From: Botryllus schlosseri | Lineage: Eukaryota | Reading direction: 5' to 3' | DNA: 64,000 nt | Assembly (NCBI GenBank): GCA_051294905.1 | Contig: CM119372.1 | Coordinates: 8,186,001 to 8,250,000, forward strand | Part shown: piece after piece, positions 53,001-64,000 of the stretch | How the letters are laid out: each line of letters opens with the position of its first letter | How positions within the stretch are numbered: the stretch's first letter is position 1 | Program-made: the position numbers and the translations under genes | The notes under the pieces: model-generated | Seen by the model: the letters and a program-made list of their open reading frames with translations, nothing else | Database searches by the model: none | What the model was told of the DNA's origin: nothing

Positions 53001-56000
53001 TATTAATCATCCGAGGCCTTCGATATCACCCCCGAGAGTTCCACAGAAGTGACCTGAAGCTGAACTAGATGGGAGAACAGTAAACACCATGACTTGGACT
53101 CGACCCATTGCTCTCGGACTTGACACGGTGGTGAATTGAAAATGACTCGAGTCAAATGACTCGGCACCTGTTGACTTGGTTACATCCCTGTCACCCCCCA
53201 TATTTGTACACTCGCAATGAATTTCAGGCCCCAGTCTGCAGATACAGTATGTAATGAAAACACAATAAAAAAACAAGCAACGAAGCCACAGTAAAAGTCA
53301 TTAAGAAACAAGCAACGAAACCACAGAAAAAGTCTCAAAGAAATAAGCAGTGGAACCACAGTGAAAGTGACTGAGAAATAAGCAATGGAACCACACTAAA
53401 AATCATTATGAAACAAGCAACGAAACCACAGTAAAAGCCAATAATAAATAAGCAACGAAACCACAGTAAAATGTCCCCAATAAATATATAAACAAAAGAA
53501 TTTACATCTTGGTACATAGCATGCAATAAAAATCATCATCAGGATCAGGTATCGGCTGTCGTGGGCGACAGTCCTCGTGCGTCCATCGACCACAGCCGTC
53601 ACACGCAACCTGGAAACAAGTTAGAATCAATATTCCGGTACCTGACAAATGTAATCTCGTAATTGCGTACCCATTTCATGTCTTTTTTTTTTGGGGGGGG
53701 GGGGGGGGGGAGGTTGGACCAGTGTTGGGATTGACTCGAATCACCTTCGTATGACTTGACTTGACTCGAGTCACTTAGCTAAAATGACTTGACTTGGCGT
53801 ATCAGAAATGTGGATTGACTCGCGACTCGGAGCAAACGAGACAATTTCAAGTCATCAAGTAATCGGTGTCGATAAAAATCACTGTATCTTGCATATATTC
53901 GGATTGTTCGTGAACCGCTAGTGCAGGGCTGGTCAACCTTTTCAGCCAAAGGGCCGCATTGGATTGACGAACTGTTGCGCGGGCCACTAGCCGCGCCAAG
54001 CGCGAAAATTTTTTGAAGATCACAGGTCAATAATATTGTCACCTGACTATATTGCGGGCCTGCTGTATATCGCTGGGCTCAGTTTGCAAGGACTAGGTAA
54101 TCGGCGTCTGGACATATCGATATCGAAAGTTTCGACCGACATGCGTCAATCATTTTGTGCCTAGGTTTCATAGTCGACGGTCTTTCTGCGAGTGCAATTG
54201 CAGCAAAGTCGCATATGTTGAACGACACTCTGTCTCGTAATCGCGAATATAGTTAGATTCAATCTGATACATAGGCGCTCTTTCATTTTCACAGGGGCAA
54301 CAATATTAAAATCAAGAAATCGAGTGACAACATGTTGCGCGAAGCGTGTAGAAAATTTTTACTTTTGATAAATCCATCGCAAATCATTCTGCTTTATTGT
54401 AGTGTACGAAGATTTACCAATATGTGACGGAACTTTACCAATACGTCGGAACTGATATCTTAGTCATCACCTCAAGTATTGCGGCCAGACTAATCAAAGT
54501 TTTGGTTGGCCTCACAAGTTTACAATCTGTGCAATCCATTTTTGATAACATTCCAAATTTCGGAAATTACCTCGCGGGCCACTCAAAACCTTCTCGCGGG
54601 CCACGGGTTGGCCGGCCCTGCGCTATAGTGTAACCCATGAGAGCGACCAATTATTCAATGATCGTGCGTTTTACTGAGTCTCCATTGTTCTCTCACAAAT
54701 AAATTGACCACAAACGAGGCGATCGAAGCTTACAGCTTACGTTATCGTAAACTAGTAGTAAAGTAATTTAATATCAAAATATCTATTTCTGTTCGCTGTT
54801 CTTACCTTAACCAAACCTCTTGTTTTATTGAAATTGAAATCGAAAATAGTTTATAATATACTCCTCAACCATTGGCGCAGACTCGAATTGTATCATATCA
54901 ATATGTATAAATGATACTGCATCTTATCAATTCGTTTCTCCATTCTCTATGCTCTATTTGGATGGTAACTATAAACTGAGGCTATGCAATTACTTACGCA
55001 ACTGTGCTACGCATATGTGAGCGATACAGCGCCTTCTTGCGTCTATGTATATTTAACTCTATATTCGTTCATCGGTTCAGAATCAATGACCACTCAATCT
55101 GTATTTCAGACAGCTAGCAAAATGCAATGACGTAATCGTGCCACATACTTCGAAAAGGCAGCTTGAATTGAATTGTGACTTGACTCGAGTCACCTTTGAA
55201 AATCGATTGACTTGACCCGAGTCAAAATGTGCAATGACTCGAAATGACTCGTGACTCGAAGGTAGTGACTTGATCCCAACACTGGTTTGGACTAGGTACT
55301 GTATTGAATGCAATAATCTCCCAATTCTTTCTTATCTGCGTGAAAAACATGCTAAGTATTTAAAAATGGTCTTAATCTGACATGGACTAACATACCCGTC
55401 GCATCCAGCAAGATTTGACCAAACTGCTGGCGGAAGCTTTCGCAAGCTCGTCGAGAATGATCACAATCCAGGTTTGCATCAGGGATTGATGATCCAGTGG
55501 TCAAGTAGAGTTCGGCGGTCTATTACGTGAAAGTAGATTGCAAATCGGATCCCGAGACCCCGACCCGTGATTTAGACTATATTGTAATTTACCAAGTTTT
55601 CTGTTGCTACTGAAGTATGGTAAACAGTTTAGCATGGCTGAATTATCTAGTTAACGAGGCACGCATAGCACACCTATATAAATATACTTAATTATTTTAT
55701 GTAGTGCTTGTCAGGTCTCAGTAACAACGTATTGTAATTCAAATCGTAATTAGGCAAAAATTTCATCAAATTACAATTACAATTACAATTACAATTACAT
55801 GAAAAAATCTGATAATTACATTCAGGTCAATTACAAATTACAATTGATCATCCTCTGGTACCTGTGTATTGTGTAACTGTAGATAACAATGACACCATGT
55901 AACAAAAATTTAGTTGAGCCGATTTTTTGATATTTCCTATACCATATTCCTTGATAAAACATGTTCCGGCATTTTCTTGCCACAAGTGTCGTTTAAAAAT

Positions 56001-59000
56001 GTCATTTTAAGGTTTTTAAACTTCCTGCACCGTGTATTTCAAGCTCTCTTATTGAATTTTCTATTAACTATGACGTCACATTGATCCATCATTCAATTCA
56101 TAATAGTTGGTTGTTAGTTAGTAACGATCATCTTCTCAGTCTCAGTTAGTCAGTATTGGCCACAGAAAGCAATCTCAAATTCCTTTTCGTTTTGTTCTGT
56201 TAATGCGCTGATTGTGGACCTAATTAGTATAATCTCATTATAAATGTCAACATCACAAATGAAATCTACCAGCTTGCTGTTTTTGCCATATCTGTGGCCT
56301 GCATATCAGTTTGACAAGTTAAGTACAAAATATAGTTAGAACTATAAGTTTTTTTTTTATGCTTAACTGTACTTTGGCATGAAAATTGGAGACAAAGATA
56401 AAAACTGGGCATTCCATGTAATCTGTGAAACATGCCGATGAAATGTGGATGGATGGCTAGGGGAAGATCGACATTCAATGTCATTTGCTATTGAAGAATC
56501 TGAAGGGAATTTCGAAACCTTATATGTGACTACAATTTCTGCATGCACTCCAAGATTCAGAATAACTAAACAATGACTTGACATTGCATATCCTTCTATG
56601 CCATCTCCTCTTAAGCACCTGCTCCGTATTGCAGTAAGTTTTCACTGCCCAAACTATGAGGCAAAAAAGCTCCAGAAGAGTCGACAGGGCTTAAAGATAC
56701 AGAAAACGACTCCAAAGACGACTTCAACATATCTCATATAGCTATTAATCCAGAACCACGCGAAATTGATGATTTAGTTGGGATTCAAAAATCTAATGCG
56801 GAAATTCGGACTCCAAGGTTGAACTAGGGAACTTGTTGCGTTCATCGTGTCGATGTCCTTCGTCGAGAAAAGTGCATGAACGATTTTCAGGGTATTTTTC
56901 TGTGGCAGGTTCTCCTTGCCTATGCGGCAATGTGGGCAATCTTTTGTAAAGCACTTGACAATAAAATGACTGCGGGAAAAGCAGGAGCATTCAAGGCATT
57001 TCGAGATGTAATTGTGCATATTCTTTCTTTTTGTTAGTGCATTCATATTACAGGGCAATTTTTGAGTAAAACGCGAAATCAGAAAAAGTGACATTTCTCA
57101 AAGTCTAGGGACAGTTCAGAAGAAAATTTTGTATTTTAGTGATTGGTTTGGAATAGCAAAACACAATACATAAAAATTTTTACTCAACTGAAATTTTGCA
57201 AAATTTTATTACATGGTGTTATTTGTGGTCCATAGGGAGAGAAGATTTCTCATTTCACAGAAGCAAGTCACGCAAACAAAACTACTTCTGACAATTTTTA
57301 AAGTGTTGCATTGTTACATGATGCATGAGTAAGCTATATTTGTTCATATTATCCTTTTCATTAACGTTTTCTTTCGTCCAATAAAGAATTATTGTGATCA
57401 ATATCGAGCAATTATGAGTAAAATCAAAAATTAGAGAAATTGACATTTCTTCAAAATTTGGGACACTTCAGAAAAAATTATGGTATTTTGGTAATTAGTT
57501 TGGAATACTAAAACACAATACATCAATAATTTTGCAAAATTTTGTTACATGGTGTGATCTATTCATTACGACGAGCAAATTACATTGGGTGTGTGTGGCG
57601 AGATAGCGTAGTGGTTTAATCCACAGCTGCAACACAAATGCGCTGCGGGTTCGAGTTCAACCGAGGTCGACTCCAGCATTCCTTCGTACGTGTTGGAGGT
57701 TTATCTATAGGCTCCTCCTCGCCATATCATCCAGGAAAGCGGTGTCTTGAAAAAGTCTAGAAGTGGGCCGTGCGACAAGTCGGCAGCTACGGAATAAAAA
57801 TGAAGAAAATTGGCTTGCTGAAAAGGACCATAGTAGTCGACAAACACCGTGAATACCAAAAACAAAACATTGGTTGTTTGTGTTATAAAATAATAAACAG
57901 AGCTTTGGCAGGAATTGAATCGGCGTCTCGGGTCTATTAAGATGCTTGGAATCACTGCACTGGATTCTAATCTCTGAACGGAAGTGTATTCAGTCCATTT
58001 CTATCGTAGTGTGCAAATCAGGTCAATAACACTTTCTGGTACGAAATCTTGCTCCCACACCTGTTCCAGATGGAGAAAATGAGACAAATACACCAATTCA
58101 TATAGGGGTATGGAAATTCTAGAGTAGGTTCTGTTTGCGTGTACCACGTTTTAGGATAGTATAATGCAAGCTTTAGTCGTTAAGGGTGTCACTGTATATA
58201 AATAACCGGGCAGTGATAAGTTGTATTACATAAATAATATTTAATTATGATATTTATTATTTACTCGCTATAGCGACCCCTAATGATTCATCCGAATTTG
58301 GCGAACATTGCAAGCGATGTTATACCTGCATGTTATGGACAACTTTCGGCAGGCTTATTTCCAAATCCCGCAGTTCACAGACAAAGAGTTTCTATGAGTT
58401 TAGTAAGTAGGCTATAGATATCACAATTGAATGTTCGGTTTCCAATTTCGATGCTATTACAAGACATTATCTAAAGAATTATCGACTGGTTCTCGATAAG
58501 CAAAGAGGAAGTCATCGGTTTTCGAATCGAGAGACAGAATCGCATGCCGGGTTCGGGGGATCAAGACTGTTAAAATCAATCAAACCGGATCGGATCCAAA
58601 AAATACTGCAATCCTCAACACATTCAACTCTTTGTACTCCTGCGCGCACAAATTCTCTCTCTTTCGCAACAGTGGCAGGAAGGACAGTGCTAAATGCTGG
58701 CAAAGACGGGTGATGTATTTGCTGCGATATGACTCGATGATTGTGGAGCCGACGAAATCGTGCATCAGCGAATACGACAGATCAATAAAAGATCTATGTA
58801 AGCGCTCATGGCACTTGTATTAGGTAGCCTATAGAAGGAACGGTTTATTTATGGTTGGTTCTCAACTGTGATGCGTAAAGGAAATAGTATTTTCTACTGG
58901 AACCTTCCGCTCAAAATGCGTAAACTGAATTGCGTTTCATCCAGACATGGATGCGACCTCTGTTCTCAGTATCTCGAAAAGAAAACATTATCGTTTAATT

Positions 59001-62000
59001 ATTGGGGGTAAACAGAATCGGTTCACAGTTGATTCGAATGACAAACCAATATTCATGCCAGTATCGAATCACTCTCTTAAAATTATGTTCAATAACTGGA
59101 ATAAAATGCCAATAATACTTCCAAAATACCGGTGTCTTGAATGAGCGAGTGTCTAGCAAGCACCCAATTCTCCACGTTTTAAGGGGACGTTGACCGCGCA
59201 ATTGATTCGAGCAAGTCAGTGGTGAGATAGGGTTGCTACTCAAGCAGAAGTATAGAAGAATCTATTTCCAAGACATGTCAAAACTACAACAAGTAGAAGT
59301 AGAAATGAAGATGTGAAAGTACTCAACTGAGTAGTTTCGAAAACTAGATTTGGCCAAGGGATCGCATACTTTTCGCAATTAATCGGAGGTGGTTACATAT
59401 ATACTTTCAAAATTGCAAGATTTATCTTGACGACTAACCCGACTACATAACAATACAAATATAGGTTCAAGCGCCTGTCGCCCCATTGGACACTCCACTG
59501 ACTCATACCTGAAAATTTGCAGACGGCACCGAATTTGAAGAATTCTACGTTAACAATTTCGACTCGTACGACTCATCTTCATCCATGGGAGAATTTCACC
59601 AGCTGATGAAGACCGCACAGCATACCATAGACTCGGCCATGGACCTTATCCGTGAGAAAGGGGCCACTATAAAAAAGCGGCTTTGTCCTTCCAAGTTCAA
59701 CAAAGGATTCTACCAGAAATGCGCCGCGTCTTCTTTCAATTCCAAGACGCACTCTATCTCTGATCAGTTTTCGCCATCGCAGCTCTTCGACCGCACGTCC
59801 GTCTTTGACTTCCTCAATACCGACTTTACAAGCTGCAGGTGAGAAGTTGATGCTGGTCGTTCCCGATTTGTTTCGGAAATTTCTGATATCGGTGTATACA
59901 TTTTGTTTCATCGCTGGCGAACGATAGATTCTCATACACGCAGAAAGTCTGGTGTAGAAGTTGAAAAGATATACTACGAGAAACCGAGCCATATCAAATC
60001 CAAATAGTGTTGATGGAACTGCAATGAGCGCCTCCAATATTTACAATACGGATAGGGATACTATATTCATTTTGTTTTTCTAATCAAGTACAAATACAAG
60101 TCCACGGACTCGAAATCGCGATCATTTACATGGAAATTTATGGTCATCACATCTCATGTCAATAATTGGAAGTTCATGCCCATGTAGACTATGCGACATA
60201 ATATCCCATTATGACTATATAATAATCAACTACCTCAAGGCTGTAGAACGTAATTTGGCGTATAGTTTCCAACATAAATGCATTTAACATATCTTCTCGA
60301 GAAATCGTGACTCAAGTCATTGAAATACGTAACGATTATGTTTTAAGACATACCCTTGCTACATTGTTCACAGGATATCTACTAAAGATCAAAACGGGAC
60401 AACTCTATACCAAGAGGATTGCCCCCTATCAGAAACAGCTACTGAAAGCACTTCGCTCGTCCATTCTGATATAGCGATTGTAACGCCTTGTCTTGTTTAC
60501 GATTATCGATCTATCGTGAGGTCCAATTCGCCGGGATATTCTTTAATTACGAGTTGCTATGAAAATGAAGGGTCCACTCTCACTCAATCTGAGACAGCGA
60601 CTAGCCCCGAAGCGCCGTTAACGGTACCGACGCCGATTTTGGAAAACTCCATACTACACAAAAATTTCAAGAATAAAAGTACGTACATTCGCAATTACAT
60701 TGTATATATACAGCAACGACGTGTTATAATCGGATCAGATTCAATATGCGGTGTCATGTGATGTTAACACAAAACAATATGCGAAATATTAAAGCAAAGG
60801 GAATGGAGTCGAGACCGCAGAGGTGCCATTGGATGGAAAGTAGATCCCAACGAAAACTCAGCAAATATACGAATAATCCACATACTCGACTGGGACTAAC
60901 GCTTAGCTCACGTATGCTCAGCAGTGTTGGGATCAAGTTACTACCTTTGAGTTATAAGTAATCTCGAGTCATTGCAAATTTTGACTCGAGGCAAGTCAAG
61001 TCATTCTATTATCGCAATCAGGGCATGTCACACAGGGCATGTCAGCGAGTACCTTGTACAGGTACAGCGACTTCGTTGACACCGATTACTTGATCAATTG
61101 AAATTGACTTGAAAATTTTGCTTCGAGTCACGGGCCAATCCATATTTTTGAAACGCCGAGTTAAGTTCAACTCAATACATTTTTGCCAAGTGACTCGAGT
61201 CAAGTGAAGTCATCTAAAAAGTTTACTCGAGTCGTTCCAACACTGATCCGCAGTGGAGATAAGAATTAGTTGATGACCAATGCTCTGAACTTTCAGTGAC
61301 TTGACTTTGAATATCCCCGTTGGCAATGTCTTAGTATATTTTTAAAATGTTATATTCTATTCTATTTATCATTATATCAGTCAATGGATGGCGTTTATCG
61401 GCCCTTGTCTGCTTCACAAACTACGAGTGATTAATAGACTATATGACAAGCTAATCAGATTTTTTACTGGTAACAACGAATTCGGCCATGATGATAAATT
61501 AACTAGGAGCATGGTCATTGGTCAAAAATCAGTTGTACCGGCAGATGTCTTCAGTGATCGGCTGAAAAATTCTTTCACCGCGGCCGTTCGTCACGATTAT
61601 AGATAGCCTATACGAGCAACTTATAAGGGCAAGGAATCGCAGGTATTACAAGCTATTTAAACGCGTGCGAATATTCTCATCAGTCGTTTATTGTGCAATA
61701 AGAGCGATCACTCAGCACCATATTCTTGCAATTGAAAAGTATCAGATCCAAGCCAACAACTGTAGATCGGCATTTCAATCGTTGAAAACAGTGAAATGAC
61801 CGTAAGCACCACCGTTTTCATTTTATCAGAAAGGATCGGCTCATGCGGTATGCTTAGCAAATGGACAAGTTATCACAACCTGGGCCCCCCAGACGAAATT
61901 GGAGACACGGAAACGCTGGAGGGACTGTTGAAATTCTATCCGGGCGCCGCATGCGAAAATCCAACGGCCGTGGAGGCGCGCACAGTCACAGATAACTCGA

Positions 62001-62128
62001 GCGGCGATGACGTATTTCTGTCGCTCACTGATGGCTTACGATGTCTACACGTGATGCAGAAAGGAAGATCATGCTCGGATTATAAAATACGATTTTGTTG
62101 CCGAATAATAAACTTTTGGGCAAAGTAA
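47013..62128 (+). CDS. Gene C: secreted paralog with two novel Cys modules and a C-terminal WxxW/CysD domain (449 aa). Exons 47013-47082, 49595-49829, 58673-58797, 59523-59838, 60374-60678, 61830-62128
   Basis: GT-AG introns, phases 1,2,1,2,1 (same as gene A); the 1350-nt splice is open to TAA. Signal peptide MGISCNILCYTAAALVLYVSVSNA; RKKR site; FFTECM...SWRGVVNFVLRDSLWYTATDRSYC; KCWQRRVMYLL...SCISEY; last exon KWTSYHN..PP..IGDTE...CENPTAVEAR...GLRC...Q...CSDYKIRFCC. Confidence 0.82.
48331..49537. mobile_element. TTAA-targeting non-autonomous element (Kolobok/T2-MITE-like) in intron 1 of gene C, with a truncated tagggttacc MITE inside (48698-~49020)
   Basis: ttaa|aggagcactgcactctaaaaatgatg ... 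catcatttttagagtgtagtgcccct|ttaa; inverted arms of more than 100 bp. Confidence 0.85.
50100..51100 (-). pseudogene. hAT (ZBED-type) transposase fragments
   Basis: ITHLKR (end of BED finger), DQLPLSIVASQTFRILL, and NVTRCNSQLVML (TRWNS motif), in broken frames. Confidence 0.75.
51345..51930. repeat. Inverted repeat / foldback MITE with ~165-bp arms
   Basis: gaatgtaaacatggaacggcaacgacc... at 51345 mirrors ...ggtcgttgccattccatgtttacattc ending at 51930. Confidence 0.8.
52515..52670. repeat. Minisatellite, ~41-45-bp unit x4 (ctatacggcgtttggcgtctg...gagacgcc), hairpin-forming
   Basis: Four visible copies, each with an internal ggcgtct / agacgcc inverted pair. Confidence 0.85.
53265..53475. repeat. 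Minisatellite, ~30-bp unit x6-7 (aaacaagcaacgaaaccacagtaaaagtc)
   Basis: Directly visible tandem copies. Confidence 0.85.
53720..55284. mobile_element. gactcga-repeat MITE containing a Buster-like MITE (53924-54620), both inside the hAT relic
   Basis: TIRs cagtgttgggat / atcccaacactg with TSD ggttggac / gtttggac; inner TIRs cagggctggtcaacc / ggttggccggccctg. Confidence 0.8.
55893..57556. mobile_element. Unclassified TIR element with coding relics, in intron 2 of gene C
   Basis: TIRs acaccatgtaacaaaa / ttttgttacatggtgt; right end duplicated (57060-57220 resembles 57410-57556); Cys-rich broken ORFs on the minus strand. Confidence 0.65.
57594..57870 (+). mobile_element. tRNA-derived SINE (type 2)
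   Basis: gtggcgagatagcgtagtggt ... ggttcgagttc; body matches 37352-37623. Confidence 0.8.
60922..61245. mobile_element. gactcga-repeat MITE in intron 5 of gene C
   Basis: TIRs cagtgttgg / ccaacactg; TSD atgctcag / atccgcag; related to 53720-55284. Confidence 0.8.
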
Positions 62129-64000
62129 AGCTATATATCACACGGACGAGAGGATTTGATGTGTCCGTGTCGTCAGGGCCCAGACTGCTATAGCAGGGTT
62201 ACTTAAAGTATGGGTCGCGAGAGTATGAATTAGGGTCCCGACCAGCCTAGAGAAATTGCTAAATTTCTAACCACAATAACAATTTTTCGCGCTTTGCGCG
62301 ATCTCATGCGCATGGTTTATTCCAGTGGTGGCTCTTGACAATATCGAGTGATCTGGCAGGAGGTGCACGCGATGTATGTTGTCTAAATGACGTCATAATA
62401 GTGTATTCCGACGTGAAAATGTGACTTCATGGTGGTCACACACAGTTTCTACGGGGTATAGACATTAGGTATGGTTACCTAGGCTTACGTATTTCAAATT
62501 ATTCTGAAGAAAATATGAAGTACAGTAGTCCATACCTGCATATTTTAATGTTTGTACCAGCAGGCCTATTGTGCGCGGCGTGATTTCATTGTTGCAAAAT
62601 GTTCAATGACGATTTCATTGAAATCTGGAATACCCAGAATGACAGCGTTGAAAATCGAGAGAACGCAGCTAAAGCATCGAGCCTCTCTTTGCACATCCCG
62701 ATCCTAAGAAAGGACCAAGTCTCTTTCTATACTTCTAATTTTTGCTCGAAAGCAGGGGTTCCCTACCTTTTTCGACTCAGCACCGCCTTATCAATTTTGA
62801 CTTGAATTTTCACCCCCTCTCCGATCCGAAAAAGAGGACATGTAATCGGGAAATTTATTCACTTAACTCTGTTCGCTGGTGAATTTACGAAAAAGGTCTT
62901 TTCCGAGGTGATGAGCTCGGAAAACCAATTTCCGCGTCTACTTTCTGTTGAGTTGATCTTTTTTTGCATCATATACAGAATAAGCCGCTTTCACTTGCAT
63001 ATTTTGGCCGTGTTAATTAAATATACCGCACTGGACGCTCTAACATTTTCGCCCCAAATCCCCCCCCCCCCAGTCGCCCACTTTGGTGTTTTCGCTCCCT
63101 CTTAATCAAAATAGCCCACTGTTGGGCGATATCGCTCATGTTGGGAACCCATGCTTCAAAGAAAACTGTATAAACGGCGTACGGAGCGCAAAGATTCAAC
63201 ACGATTCATGTTCGCACTTGACCTGACTAACAATCTGCAGATATGACTCTGACTTGACTTATTGTGTATTCCTTACAGGAATGGTCATCGAGTTCAGACA
63301 GATACGCCATTGTTATCTCATAGATTGGCCCTGTCATATTCAATTCAACGCATCATTTTGAATGGTCTTTGAAGAACGATAGCGATAGATAACGATCGAT
63401 ATCGGGAATGAAATTAGGTCTGGGGACAACATAGGAGATTTAGATTTTGGCCTTGAACTGGAGACTGTGATACAACATATACGGCTTACTGACGATACTG
63501 CTGCGAAACCGACATAGGGAAATATATTACCGACTAATTACGTGAATAAAAACCGTAAACTTGTACAATATTATACATGACATCATCGATAAGTAGCATA
63601 TACGCAATCTCATGACCCATTTCGGTATGGTGCACTGTCAAAATCAATACAGACAGACCAACGTCGAGCATATTGAGGAATGGGCTTATCGAGTGCTCAT
63701 CTGTTAGCCGACATCGAAAACGATATAATTAGCGCACATTCGCACTTGACAGGGGATTGTAAGCAAATGGCTTGAAGGTCACAATTTCACGGTGGAATGG
63801 ACATTAGAGAACATAAAATTAAGTAAATATTTGAATGCAAACCGAGAATCTTGGTAAACTGATTCATGAGATCATCGATATGATACCATGTGAAATCTCG
63901 TTACCTATCTCAGTGTGGAACTCAGTTAAAATTAGCACAGACCAACACCGGCTTTTGCGTAAAATCCGCAATACAGTGGTAAATGCCAGATCAGCGAACA

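Larger units (their letters stand above)
49878..55857 (-). mobile_element. Decayed hAT transposon (~6 kb including nested insertions) in intron 2 of gene C
   Basis: Termini cagagttga / tcatcctctg; (caatta)n subterminal repeats at both ends; TSD gtgcctgt / gtacctgt; transposase relics inside. Confidence 0.8.

Noticed and set aside
52515..53475. Tandem arrays superficially resembling CRISPR repeats (also 23140-23292)
   Set aside because: No unique spacers, no cas genes, eukaryotic context; these are minisatellites or transposon subterminal repeats.
55380..55600. Coding-looking stretch, considered as a fourth paralog exon or a selenoprotein
   Set aside because: Stops in all three plus-strand frames including TAG, no module motif, and it lies inside the hAT relic.
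58500..58672. Open frame extending upstream of gene C exon 3
   Set aside because: The acceptor at 58672 has a strong pyrimidine tract, the correct phase, and gives spacing like the paralogs; upstream AGs are weak or in the wrong phase.

Overview
AT-rich animal genomic DNA with spliceosomal GT-AG introns. The short introns and dense MITE content suggest an ascidian or similar invertebrate, which is inference only. The window holds one recognisable gene, a patatin lipase (PNPLA2/ATGL-like, single coding exon, 7627-9321 minus). The main result is a cluster of three paralogous six-exon genes that the ORF track only shows in fragments, and which I spliced by hand: gene A 19050-22763 (-), gene B 25735-30675 (-) and gene C 47013-62128 (+). 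Each encodes a signal peptide, a furin-type basic site and two copies of a cysteine/aromatic module I cannot assign to any family. The module has an invariant C-x21-C and a phase-2 intron right after a Cys. A and C end in a WxxW/CysD mucin-type domain, whereas B has a Pro/Thr/Gln-rich exon instead. The rest is a heavily nested landscape of non-autonomous DNA transposons (hAT/Buster-like with 8-bp TSDs, Mutator-like with 9-bp TSDs, one TTAA-targeting element, long palindromic MITEs), a decayed hAT transposase, tRNA-derived SINEs, minisatellites and some coding-like but broken stretches. All gene models and coordinates are hand-derived and need RNA-seq confirmation.
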